A DNA stretch of 64,000 bases from a virus (IMGVR_UViG_3300033121_000954:32001-96000), one strand, 5' to 3'. Shown: positions 49,690 through 58,959, counted from the first letter of the stretch. The notes: generated from the sequence alone by a model not told the origin. Made by a program: numbers and translations.

Positions 49690-50760
49690 TTAAGGTTGTT
49701 TAAATTTTGTAAAGTCGGCACTTTGCAATTGAATGTATTGTGCTACGGACGTTGCAGGCCCCGTTGGGCCAGCCGGAGTAGAGTACATGCTGGAGCCTTG
49801 GGAAAGTTTTACATCCTCCCCCAGCCATTTCTTCAAAAAATCCATCAAATCATCCAAGTTAACCTTATACTTTTCAGTCTGCATAACGATTTTCTTTCCG
49901 GTTATAATGGTTTGCGTGTTTCCGATTAAAAATAAAATATCCTTTTTGGCATTCACTACCACCCTATCACTGTCCAATACAATCTGCGACTTCCCTTGAA
50001 AATTTCCAAGTTTTTTAACCTCCAAGTTTTTATCAAACCCACCCTTCAATTTAGAAAGTGTTTGATTTACAGTCATATATATACTGGACTCATCCTTTGA
50101 AATATCTTCAACTGTGTATTTATTTGTAGATGTCTTGAAAATATTTAAACTTGATACTGAATTGCCTGATCCGCCTTCTGGTTTTTTTACGCGGAGGATC
50201 ATCAGCGGGTCTGCGTTTTTAGTTCCCTTCCATGTTGGCTTTTCGCTGTAAATGGATTGGTCTCCACCTTGAATTGTTGTACCCATTCGTATAGAGGTGC
50301 CAGTCCGAGATTGAATTATGGTATCTCCCTCAAAAGGTTGTATCGGAAAAACGCGGGTTGGATTATCTGGAAATGTATAATTTTTTTCTTTGTCGGCATT
50401 TCGTAATCCACTACCACCACTTCCAACATTATTTCCACGAGCCCAAATTTTAGGGAATTTGTGACTGACTAAATCATCGGTTGAATTGATCGGACTCAAA
50501 TATAAAAACCCAATACCTTTAATCCCCGATGAAGACCAATCATTTGTAGGTCCACCAATTACCATAACCATCTCGCCAATATGAGGAATCCTGCAATTCC
50601 ATTCGCATGGGCGACAATATACATTCCGAACCTGCCCTAAATTTGACTGATGTGATCCAATTCTAACTTGAATACTTCCAAGTGGTAACGGATCCCCGTC
50701 GTCATCTTTTTGGTTTGGCTTAAATGCCATTTTATTTTCAACAACTTCCGCTATAAACAT
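49690..50760 (-). CDS. Baseplate hub or spike protein (gp5-like)
   Basis: N-terminal OB-like P..GE.V, FEGD.IIQ.R.G.SIR, SDRVVVNAK, C-terminal TPAGPTGP. Confidence 0.65.
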   Translation of the reverse strand: MFIAEVVENKMAFKPNQKDDDGDPLPLGSIQVRIGSHQSNLGQVRNVYCRPCEWNCRIPHIGEMVMVIGGPTNDWSSSGIKGIGFLYLSPINSTDDLVSHKFPKIWARGNNVGSGGSGLRNADKEKNYTFPDNPTRVFPIQPFEGDTIIQSRTGTSIRMGTTIQGGDQSIYSEKPTWKGTKNADPLMILRVKKPEGGSGNSVSSLNIFKTSTNKYTVEDISKDESSIYMTVNQTLSKLKGGFDKNLEVKKLGNFQGKSQIVLDSDRVVVNAKKDILFLIGNTQTIITGKKIVMQTEKYKVNLDDLMDFLKKWLGEDVKLSQGSSMYSTPAGPTGPATSVAQYIQLQSADFTKFKQP

Positions 50761-50762
50761 GA

Positions 50763-51143
50763 CTAAAAATCGCTTGCTTGACCCGGTTGCATTTGTTCTC
50801 TAATTCCCCGTAACAATTCTTGCTTTTGATCATCACTCAATCCTTCAGTAAGTCCTGCATCATCATTGAATTTGCCGGGTTTCTTTTGCTGCATTCGTTG
50901 CACGATCATAGCAAGTTTCAACAAATGTTCATCATTTTGTATTGCAGTCTGCTGTAACTGAATGAGTAATGGCATTACTGTCACAACATCTTGGACGGTT
51001 GTCAATACACGCCCAACCTGTTCCGCTGTCGCCATTATATTTGCGGCTTTGGTTTCGTTGTTTTTGTATATTTTTTTAAACAGCCGTTCAAGTGTAATTA
51101 TTTCTTGATTGTCGTCTGTAAATAATACAATATCTTTGTTCAT
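50763..51143 (-). CDS. Hypothetical helical protein
   Basis: 126 aa; GAGGA upstream. Confidence 0.6.
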   Translation of the reverse strand: MNKDIVLFTDDNQEIITLERLFKKIYKNNETKAANIMATAEQVGRVLTTVQDVVTVMPLLIQLQQTAIQNDEHLLKLAMIVQRMQQKKPGKFNDDAGLTEGLSDDQKQELLRGIREQMQPGQASDF

Positions 51144-51866
51144 TTAGTTTTTCCTCGGTGGATATTTATGCCAATTCAACGTCCCATTTTCCAGATAATC
51201 TTTATACATCATTTTCTGGATGGGCTTTAGTGCATTCACTACATCAGTAATCGTTTGCGTTTTTACGTTCACTTGCTCGCGGATTAAAATGTAGAGAGCC
51301 TTTTTGTTATAAATATCAATCACATCGCATTTTGCAAATAAATCAAAAATGGCGTTCAAAATTTGTTTATCTTTATTCCCAAACGGAGTTAATCTGTCTC
51401 CCCGATCAAAATAAAAATGGTCTAAATTTGAGTTTCCCCAAACAGACCATTTTTGACAAAAATCTCGCAAATCTTCTCTATAATCTTGCAATGTGATTTC
51501 GTTCATTATGTCACGTTGGGTATCCACCTCATCCAATTGTGCCTTTTCAGTTGTCTCATCATTAACTCGTTTCATATTTGCAAATACCCAGTGGATTGCT
51601 ACACGGTTGAAATAGGAAAACGCCTTGTATCCTTTGGATGGATCAAATTTTGACAATCGGTCGTGCAAATGAACAACGCAATCGTGCTTTATATTTGAAT
51701 ATTCTTCATCTCCGTAATTGTAAAATTTTCGGTTGTGAATGACATTTTCGGCAAGTTTATTTAATGCCGGATAGATTAAAGTATTGAACAATTGGGTTTT
51801 TTTGATTGCATCGTCGCAATTGATATATTCTACAATTGCAGTTTCTTGTGGTTTTCCGAAGTACAT
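51144..51866 (-). CDS. Late sigma factor (gp55-like, sigma70 region 2)
   Basis: KLAENVIH.., KFDPSKG.KAFSYF. Confidence 0.75.
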   Translation of the reverse strand: MYFGKPQETAIVEYINCDDAIKKTQLFNTLIYPALNKLAENVIHNRKFYNYGDEEYSNIKHDCVVHLHDRLSKFDPSKGYKAFSYFNRVAIHWVFANMKRVNDETTEKAQLDEVDTQRDIMNEITLQDYREDLRDFCQKWSVWGNSNLDHFYFDRGDRLTPFGNKDKQILNAIFDLFAKCDVIDIYNKKALYILIREQVNVKTQTITDVVNALKPIQKMMYKDYLENGTLNWHKYPPRKN

Positions 51867-51912
51867 AGAGTGGATTAAAAATAAAATTAAATGGTTTGTT
51901 GGAAGATATTAC

Positions 51913-52251
51913 TCACGTTCCATATTTTTGTTTTAATTGTTCAAATTGTTCTTGTTCATCTTGAATTTTCATTTGCTCAATTTTAATTTTGACATCTTCA
52001 ATCGCTTTTATTATCACCCGAAATGCAAATCCAACCTCGTCATCACTGCTAAATGAGCCACGAGTGTCTATATCTTTCAATTCGGAATGACATTTTATGA
52101 ACATTGTCAAAAAATATTGATAGTAATTTTCAAATTCGTCTTCAACCTTCGTCGCTTCAAGCAAATACTGCTCAAGTTGTTGGACTTGATTGTAAAGATT
52201 GTAGATGAAGAATCCAGTGATTGCCAGACAAATTAAAAGTAAAATTATCAT
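51913..52251 (-). CDS. Membrane-anchored hypothetical protein
   Basis: N-terminal TM; D.RGSF.SDDEVG. Confidence 0.6.
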   Translation of the reverse strand: MIILLLICLAITGFFIYNLYNQVQQLEQYLLEATKVEDEFENYYQYFLTMFIKCHSELKDIDTRGSFSSDDEVGFAFRVIIKAIEDVKIKIEQMKIQDEQEQFEQLKQKYGT

Positions 52252-52445
52252 TCGTGATTCGGTAATTTAATTCCAGTTATTGAGCCTTTATGCACATTTT
52301 TAGTCATATGCAATTGTGGATGGGAAGGAATGTTTGTAACTGCCTCTTTTGCTGCAACTTCCAAACATTTATGTGCATAGTATTCTGCGTATTCCTTCAT
52401 TGCATCCAACACATTATTATTTTTTTTGAGTATTTCTTCCATCAT
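52248..52445 (-). CDS. Hypothetical protein
   Basis: 65 aa, coupled to its neighbours. Confidence 0.5.
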   Translation of the reverse strand: MMEEILKKNNNVLDAMKEYAEYYAHKCLEVAAKEAVTNIPSHPQLHMTKNVHKGSITGIKLPNHE

Positions 52446-53203
52446 TTCTTAAAAATTGCATCAAATGCTTGGTTGTGATCGGCATTTGTTGCATCAATAA
52501 TTGTAGGTTTTTTAATTTCGGGTTGACTAATTTTTTCATTGTAGAACTGAAAACTTGCATTCGCAGTTGCCCAACGTTCAAACTCAAATCTTGCAGCCAT
52601 AAAATCCGCGTTGTGTAGAATTTGATTTATGTTTGTTCTGGATTTTGAATCCAACGATTTGCTAAAATAATATGCTTCGTTTGCTCGGTCGTAAACCCCA
52701 TCATGGGTTCTAATTGCCAATTGTTCCTGCCAACTGCATCTAATCCCATAATGTTGTAACAAAAACAGACTGGTATCTGGAACAAGTGTAAATGGTTGGG
52801 ATGAATCGTGACTATACATTTTCCCCTGATTTTCACGATGCCATTTTGATGTGTTGGCTGGATATGGCGTAAATCCCGGAAGTCCCACCTTTCCCAAATC
52901 ATGGTGAGTTGCAGCAAATAATAGTTCTTCCAATGTAAAATTATCAACCTTCAGTCCAGCATCTTTCCAGTGCATATATTCGCGTTTTGAAAATTTAATC
53001 ACTCTCAAAACATGATCAACATACCCACCAGCAAATGCGTTGTGGTAATGATCAACTGAACTTGCGGGCATAGTCACAAGTTTTTCTTCCAAATCATCAT
53101 ACATTGAATTTAATTCCGATTGACGGGATGGAAATGCAGTATTGACGAATTTCCGAAATGTTGCCCAGTTTTGAGCAATTTGTTCTGCTGTTAATTCTAT
53201 CAT
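52442..53203 (-). CDS. HD-domain phosphohydrolase (YhaM-like)
   Basis: PAS..HYHNA..GGYVDH, HHDLGK, HDG, LH.AD. Confidence 0.85.
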   Translation of the reverse strand: MIELTAEQIAQNWATFRKFVNTAFPSRQSELNSMYDDLEEKLVTMPASSVDHYHNAFAGGYVDHVLRVIKFSKREYMHWKDAGLKVDNFTLEELLFAATHHDLGKVGLPGFTPYPANTSKWHRENQGKMYSHDSSQPFTLVPDTSLFLLQHYGIRCSWQEQLAIRTHDGVYDRANEAYYFSKSLDSKSRTNINQILHNADFMAARFEFERWATANASFQFYNEKISQPEIKKPTIIDATNADHNQAFDAIFKK

Positions 53204-53222
53204 TGTTTTGTGTTTTTAAGTA

Positions 53223-53483
53223 TCACCATCCTTCTTCAATTTTTAAATACGTCGATTGCATTTTACCAATTTCTCCAAAATCACCAGATTCAAGAATTTC
53301 TACAATAATTTTAGAATCAACCTTTGCATATTGTAAGATTTTTCTAACATGATGTAAAATAATTTCTGGAGATACTTCGTGGTAATTGGGGTCATATTTA
53401 TGGACACATTCAGAAAGTAATAGATCAATTTCTGAAGAAACTGAATTTACAATTTTTTGCCTTTCAGTTAGTACCTTTTTCAT
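53223..53483 (-). CDS. Hypothetical protein
   Basis: 86 aa ORF. Confidence 0.55.
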   Translation of the reverse strand: MKKVLTERQKIVNSVSSEIDLLLSECVHKYDPNYHEVSPEIILHHVRKILQYAKVDSKIIVEILESGDFGEIGKMQSTYLKIEEGW

Positions 53484-53486
53484 ATT

Positions 53487-54008
53487 TTAAAGTTGTTCAA
53501 GTTTAATTCCAAAACTGGACATATCTGTTATATCAAGCAAAGTGCCTTCCTCAAGTTTGTGATAAGTGGAAATGAACAATTGCATAAATTTCTGCATAAT
53601 ATCTTTGTTGTTCATCATTTGTTGCAATCCATCATGTAACTTCGCTTTTGAATAAATCAATTTCAAATTAGAAGCAACTTTTATAACTGGAAAACTAAAA
53701 AGCAATTTGATAAAATCAAAATGAACATATCCACGAACTGCTATACTAAGTGGATTTTCAAGTGTCTGTAAATAGTCAATAAACAGATTTACATCTTGAC
53801 ATTTAAGTTCACGACCACATACAAAGTAAATGGTCAATTCCTGTTCAATTGAACGTGATTCGAGTTCGTATCTGACTGAATTTATCATTTCCAACAACGT
53901 GTTTGGTTTAGAAAGATCAACGTCAATCAGGATTGGTCTTGTGGTGTTATTGAGTGGTTCGTTGGGAATGGTTGGACGTTCTCCGTATAAATTAAATTCT
54001 GGGTTCAT
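53487..54008 (-). CDS. Hypothetical protein (possible degenerate ClpP-like fold)
   Basis: 173 aa; only a weak pattern similarity to ClpP. Confidence 0.5.
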   Translation of the reverse strand: MNPEFNLYGERPTIPNEPLNNTTRPILIDVDLSKPNTLLEMINSVRYELESRSIEQELTIYFVCGRELKCQDVNLFIDYLQTLENPLSIAVRGYVHFDFIKLLFSFPVIKVASNLKLIYSKAKLHDGLQQMMNNKDIMQKFMQLFISTYHKLEEGTLLDITDMSSFGIKLEQL

Positions 54009-54072
54009 ATTTCATTTCGTTTGTACCACTCGTTAATTTCTTGGTGGGACATTATTTTGATTTGTGACGGGC

Positions 54073-55173
54073 TTAGACTTTTTTTTTGTTCTTCAACGAC
54101 TGCTCTAAATGAGTGGCTATGTCGCTGGTTAAATTAGTATCTACAATCTTTCTTGCTCTTGGCTTACGAGGCTTTTTTTGCGTCTCTAAGGCGACTTCTA
54201 CTGTGGATGGTGTACTTGCTTCACTCACTTCAGTTAAATCGCTTACAAGTGAAATTTCAGCGTCTGGTGGGGTTTCTACAACGGGCGTTCGTCTTGTATA
54301 TTTTCGTTTGGGTTTCACTACTGGTAAAACCGTGTCTGGAACTGGAACTTCTATGGGTGCAAGCGGTTCAACTGGAGTTTCAGTTTTTTGTTCAATTGAA
54401 AACAGCCATAACAAAATCAGTGCAATTGCAAGTGGATCAAATACGACCATCAACAAAATCAAAAACCAGTTTACAATTTGATCCATTGGTTTACCTGTTA
54501 GATTGGAAAGGTATTTCAGTGGACCAAGTTCACTTACATTTTCTTTACTTTCCATTTCTATAATTGCAATATCATAAGTGGAAATTGAATCGTTCAAATT
54601 TTCAATTTTTGAAAACAATTGATCACTTTGATTTGTGGAAAGATTCAGTTGGTCATTTACAGATTTTTTACTGGTTGTTTGTATTTGAGTTAAAACTTGT
54701 CCAGTCCTCTTATCAATCGTCTGATACTGGTTATCAGTGGAGATTGAAGTCCTTAAATCTGAAATTGATTTTACAACTTGTTCTCGTTCAGTTTTTAATT
54801 CCAACATCTGAGTTTGGAATCTATCACGTTTAACTTTTAGCAAGTTAAGTTTGGATTGGACTATTTTATCCTTGTCCGCAGTTTGTTGATAAGCATCTGA
54901 TAGAAATCCGTAAATTCCACTGGAAGTTATCATAACTAAAATCAAAACAGCAAAAATTAGATAATTTCTTAAAATTGCATTCAATGTTCCCCAATACTGG
55001 TGGAGTGATCCGGCAATGATTAGTTTAGATAATTCCAAACTACCAGCCATTACGATTACTGCAATTGAAGCACCACTAAACAATTTAGAAAGACCATAGA
55101 CTGAATAAAATCCAGCACTTGCAGAAACTAAAATTCCAGCAATTAAAATAAGATTAGAGAATTTTTTCAGCAT
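54073..55173 (-). CDS. Membrane protein with coiled coil
   Basis: Three N-terminal TMs, ITSSGIYGFLS, coiled coil, ELGPL.Y..VFDPLA TM. Confidence 0.75.
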   Translation of the reverse strand: MLKKFSNLILIAGILVSASAGFYSVYGLSKLFSGASIAVIVMAGSLELSKLIIAGSLHQYWGTLNAILRNYLIFAVLILVMITSSGIYGFLSDAYQQTADKDKIVQSKLNLLKVKRDRFQTQMLELKTEREQVVKSISDLRTSISTDNQYQTIDKRTGQVLTQIQTTSKKSVNDQLNLSTNQSDQLFSKIENLNDSISTYDIAIIEMESKENVSELGPLKYLSNLTGKPMDQIVNWFLILLMVVFDPLAIALILLWLFSIEQKTETPVEPLAPIEVPVPDTVLPVVKPKRKYTRRTPVVETPPDAEISLVSDLTEVSEASTPSTVEVALETQKKPRKPRARKIVDTNLTSDIATHLEQSLKNKKKV

Positions 55174-55308
55174 ATTTGGGTAATATTATTACAACGTTGG
55201 TGCCAGTTGCACTGACACGCAATTGCTAATCGCAATTCGCAGTATTTTTTTTTATTAAAGCCGCTTCGCTTGTTTTTTTAAAATTTATTAATATTGATTA
55301 ATAGAATG

Positions 55309-55361
55309 CAAAGTTACGAAAAATTTTTGATAAAGTCAATAGCATTAACAAAACTTTAACA
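55309..55361 (-). promoter_or_regulatory. Bacteroidota-type promoter with TGTTAA repeat
   Basis: TGTTAA-N5-TGTTAATGCT-ATTG-N20-TAACTTTG. Confidence 0.75.
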
Positions 55362-55372
55362 CTCTATTACGA

Positions 55373-55412
55373 AAATATCCACCAAAACACTGAAGTCTGG
55401 TGGATATTTTTT
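55373..55412. terminator. Stem-loop terminator, possibly bidirectional
   Basis: AAAATATCCACCA/TGGTGGATATTTT. Confidence 0.7.
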
Positions 55413-55824
55413 TAAAAAAACTAAAATCTTGCGATTATTCCAAAGTTTTGGTCAACAAAAAATTTACATTCCCCGCGATCTTGATTTAAAAATTTGAGTT
55501 GTTCACCTTTCCAATTATATGGGTCTGCGTATATTCCTGCAAACGCATTTCTATTCAAATGATTTATATCCAAAACCAAATGGGAGATTGTATAAAGTTT
55601 TCCATTTCCCTTATGTCTGTATATATTCATTTTACCAATGTTTAACGTTTTGTTTATCAACCCAAACAAAATATGCTGGGCTGGATGGGAAATATATTCT
55701 GACTTGAATAATGCCAGATTTAATGCGAGTTTCTGGCTGCAAGTATCCATCGCACCAACTTCTAACAGGTCTGCGAGGATTGAGAAAATGTACTGGTGTG
55801 TCTTTGAAAATACAATCCATGTAA

Positions 55825-56286
55825 TTACGACACAATAACTTTAGAAAATGTGTTTATTTTCAATCCTGCGTCGGCGTACAATTTGTACTTTTGATCATAC
55901 AATTTTTTAATTTGTATATTTGTGTCGTTTATTTTCTTAAAAATTATTTCCAACTCTTTAAATTCCGGAGTTGTCTCGATGCTTTTTGGATAAAGTTTTT
56001 TTCGGTTGTAATGAGACGTATCTGTATTGTCATTAAAAAATAATCTATTACCTACCCTGCTCGTTACTTTCAGTGGTAGAAGTATCGATTCCTGAATATC
56101 GTAATATTCGTTTCCATCAACCACCCTTCCGTCATAGTTATCAATTGCAGATTCAACAGACTGCAATTTAAATGATCCGAAGGTTTTGTTCTTATAATCA
56201 TTAGTATTTGCAATGACATCGCAGTAAAATTCACCATTCTGCGAAACAAATATTTTTACTCCATTGTATTCTTTTACTAAACTCAT
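55825..56286 (-). CDS. Hypothetical protein
   Basis: 153 aa ORF. Confidence 0.6.
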   Translation of the reverse strand: MSLVKEYNGVKIFVSQNGEFYCDVIANTNDYKNKTFGSFKLQSVESAIDNYDGRVVDGNEYYDIQESILLPLKVTSRVGNRLFFNDNTDTSHYNRKKLYPKSIETTPEFKELEIIFKKINDTNIQIKKLYDQKYKLYADAGLKINTFSKVIVS

Positions 56287-56302
56287 TTTTTATTTGTTTA
56301 AA

Positions 56303-56638
56303 TTATGAACGTTTATGTTTTATATTTCCGAACATTGTGGACACCGATCCACCTACTGTTTCGCAATCCACATCTCCAGACATTGTGGAAATTGATCCAG
56401 TCACATTTCCGCATTCAACATCACCCGATAATGTTTTTATCTGCCCGACGGTTCCGTTTACTTTAATTTTTGAACAAGAATCCGCGCAGATGCTGTCCAC
56501 ATTCCCAGTGACTTCAATATTGAAAGTCTTTTGATCTGGTAATTGTGAAGTAATATCAGCACCATCAATAATTACGCGGTTGTTTGAAATGGTCACACTG
56601 CGACCGTTAAACGTTTGATTTCCAATGATTATTGCCAT
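56303..56638 (-). CDS. Hypothetical beta-repeat protein
   Basis: Repeats of T.SGDV.C..V.G. Confidence 0.7.
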   Translation of the reverse strand: MAIIIGNQTFNGRSVTISNNRVIIDGADITSQLPDQKTFNIEVTGNVDSICADSCSKIKVNGTVGQIKTLSGDVECGNVTGSISTMSGDVDCETVGGSVSTMFGNIKHKRS

Positions 56639-56648
56639 GTTTTTAAGT

Positions 56649-56807
56649 TTAATTTATAAGTCGCTTTCTCTGATAGTATATCAAAATGGTTAAGCACGAG
56701 ATCAATATCAGAGAGTTTCTAAACGGATTGTCGTACTCCTGCTTAATCAATGCGTTGCCAACCAAAAAGGTCAGCAGCGTGATGTAGATGCCTGTTAAGT
56801 GTTTCAT
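56649..56807 (-). CDS. Small membrane protein (52 aa, not in ORF track)
   Basis: Manual translation MKHLTGIYITLLTFLVG... Confidence 0.5.
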   Translation of the reverse strand: MKHLTGIYITLLTFLVGNALIKQEYDNPFRNSLILISCLTILIYYQRKRLIN

Positions 56808-56809
56808 AT

Positions 56810-57187
56810 TTACCATCGCCTGCGACTGGTGACATAATATTTTTTGTCGGGTGTCTGTGTGGGAGTAGCCAGCCTACGGATATGGTAAAACTCAAACCCG
56901 ATTTTATTTAATTCTTCGGTAGTCAGAATCTGTCCTTCTGGCAATCTTCCCATAATTTTTAAGGCGATTGCTTCATCGCCTTCCGCCATTGTTGCTGGAA
57001 TGCGGTTTACTTCCACCCCCACCGCAAATAGTGAGTTAAATGCGTCTGCTGTGGCTTGATGCCCAATCGCTGATGTAAAATTGTTTGAAAACCGTCGCAA
57101 AATTTGCCGAACTTCGGCCTCTGTTACTTTGCGATTGGTAAAAGTGCCCTCGTTGGGCATAATTGTGGTGTTGAATAGGTATAGCAT
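56810..57187 (-). CDS. acrIII-1: Anti-CRISPR ring nuclease AcrIII-1 (DUF1874 / STIV B116 family)
   Basis: LYLFN, SAIGH.ATA, NR, GD, RLPEG.IL..EEL: all family motifs, including the catalytic His. Confidence 0.9.
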   Translation of the reverse strand: MLYLFNTTIMPNEGTFTNRKVTEAEVRQILRRFSNNFTSAIGHQATADAFNSLFAVGVEVNRIPATMAEGDEAIALKIMGRLPEGQILTTEELNKIGFEFYHIRRLATPTQTPDKKYYVTSRRRW

Positions 57188-57201
57188 GTTACTCTTGTGT
57201 T

Positions 57202-57636
57202 TTAAAATGCTGGTTGATATGTATCGCTATCACTCTCCCACGAAAAATCGCGAACGTTGTCAAAGCCGTCAGACAACCATTGGATGACATCCTGTATTGT
57301 CTTTTCATTATCTCCGGTCCATTGACTGTGTTGGTGGAGACCATCTGTATCCACAAAACAGAATGTGGTTGTTGGGTATTCCTTTTTGCCACGAATTGTG
57401 ACACAAATTTCCCAATCAGAACTCAGAAACCTATTTAATGCGTCAAAATAGGTTTCACTGTCATCACGCTCCTGTTCCACGTATTCCGAAAAATCCCATC
57501 CGCTATCGTATGCGGCTGTGATGGGGATTGTGATATGGAAGTCTAAATCGGTCACTTCTGGGTTGAAATATTTTTGAAAATGACTATCCGCATATTGTAC
57601 CCCAACTTTGAGGGGGTAGGTTTGCGTATAACTCAT
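57202..57636 (-). CDS. Acidic hypothetical protein
   Basis: 144 aa, first gene of the acrIII-1 operon. Confidence 0.6.
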   Translation of the reverse strand: MSYTQTYPLKVGVQYADSHFQKYFNPEVTDLDFHITIPITAAYDSGWDFSEYVEQERDDSETYFDALNRFLSSDWEICVTIRGKKEYPTTTFCFVDTDGLHQHSQWTGDNEKTIQDVIQWLSDGFDNVRDFSWESDSDTYQPAF

Positions 57637-57730
57637 TGATTGTTAGTTGATTAAAAAATTATGAGCAATTTTGTTTGGGTTTTGTAGGTTTGTCCACCTT
57701 TAATTATGAAGGTTACTAATTTTCAATATT

Positions 57731-57994
57731 ATGGTCACATTCACTGATAAGATTATCTACCTACCCACCAATGGCTCAGAATCAGCAGAAAATCAATATC
57801 GTAACGATAAGGCTTCTACTCGGATAGGAGGTCTTAGAAAAAAGTACGAGGTAATAGTTCCGCAAGAACTCCAAACCAGATTCATATTAGACGGTAGGGT
57901 AAGGAAAGATTCTTCAATAGAAGAATTGGTTATTACCCCGATGGAGAATGTAAGCGACGAACTTTGGGCTAAACTTCAATTTATTTTACCTTAA
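57731..57994 (+). CDS. Hypothetical protein
   Basis: 87 aa, first plausible plus-strand gene. Confidence 0.45.
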   Translation: MVTFTDKIIYLPTNGSESAENQYRNDKASTRIGGLRKKYEVIVPQELQTRFILDGRVRKDSSIEELVITPMENVSDELWAKLQFILP

Positions 57995-58175
57995 TCTTTT
58001 CTTCATTTTTCAAGAAATATTCTCTAACTCTAAGTGACCCTAAAGGTTTTGTGGAAGGTTCAATCTCCCACATTAAATCATTGTGGAATTCTTTGTCTTC
58101 ATCAGTCATTTCAGATACTAATTCGGGTCCAAGCCAATCTAAGAATCTTACTGTAAATTTTTTAGGCTTTTCCAT
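57981..58175 (-). CDS. Hypothetical protein
   Basis: 64 aa ORF. Confidence 0.45.
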   Translation of the reverse strand: MEKPKKFTVRFLDWLGPELVSEMTDEDKEFHNDLMWEIEPSTKPLGSLRVREYFLKNEEKIKVK

Positions 58176-58221
58176 TTCTTTCCTTTTTTCCCATAACTAT
58201 CCTCCCCACCCAAATTTACTC

Positions 58222-58959
58222 TTACCCCTTAATTGTAGATAAATACTCCTGCACAACCTTCTTGATCTTTGGGTAATTTGCACTTTTTGTATTTGCACCT
58301 TCATTAAGGTAAAGTTTTCTGTTAACTTCAAGCATGATGCTTTCAACCTTTTGATTCTTTTGGTAATGCTCCATCGGTACTAACGAACCCGAATATGGAT
58401 AGTCCACGCCCAATGAGTAACCCTGATCTTTAAAGAATTGGACGGAGATAAATACCAGATTCTCCGGCGTATGGAACTTGTCAGTCCCTATATTAAAATC
58501 AGGTCTTACAGGATTTTGGTCTAAATCTCGCATAAATGGTACATCGGAGTAAGAATGGCAATCTACAATCAACGCTTTGTCAGATTGCATCAGGGACTCG
58601 TTGACCGCTTTACTGAGTCTTTGATGATGTGGCCAGTAATATTGAGCAAGACACTGTGAACGCATCTCATCTGTCACCCTTCGCATATCTTCCCCTGTAT
58701 CAGTTTTAGTGTATAGCACACCCATTCCTAATTTTGCCATAACTTCTTGTTCATCGTCGCTGAAACGCTCAACATCACAAAATATCCTTGAAAATTCCGC
58801 ACGGATGGTAACATCATTGGAGGATTTAAATAAGTCGTCTGTGTGCCAATCCGTCAACTTCAAAATTTCCTGTTCTAACCTTTCCCCGCCAAAACAGTAT
58901 CCCTCATAACTGGGGATAAGAGTTGATGAGTGCGGTATGTGCAGGATCAGTTGTTTCAT
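58222..58959 (-). CDS. N-formylglutamate amidohydrolase family protein
   Basis: HIPHSS, TDW.TD, SR..CDVER, DCHS, RPD..IG, PYSG, MLEVNR. Confidence 0.88.
   Translation of the reverse strand: MKQLILHIPHSSTLIPSYEGYCFGGERLEQEILKLTDWHTDDLFKSSNDVTIRAEFSRIFCDVERFSDDEQEVMAKLGMGVLYTKTDTGEDMRRVTDEMRSQCLAQYYWPHHQRLSKAVNESLMQSDKALIVDCHSYSDVPFMRDLDQNPVRPDFNIGTDKFHTPENLVFISVQFFKDQGYSLGVDYPYSGSLVPMEHYQKNQKVESIMLEVNRKLYLNEGANTKSANYPKIKKVVQEYLSTIKG

Noticed and set aside
603-55361. Repeated CAAATCATTAACA motif as a CRISPR repeat or iteron array
   Set aside because: Copies are dispersed, single, and at a fixed distance from -7 boxes, which fits promoter elements
1147-57438. Many plus-strand ORFs, for example 7222-7842 (Ser-rich) and 9211-9927
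   Set aside because: Antisense shadows of well-supported minus-strand genes, with no recognisable motifs
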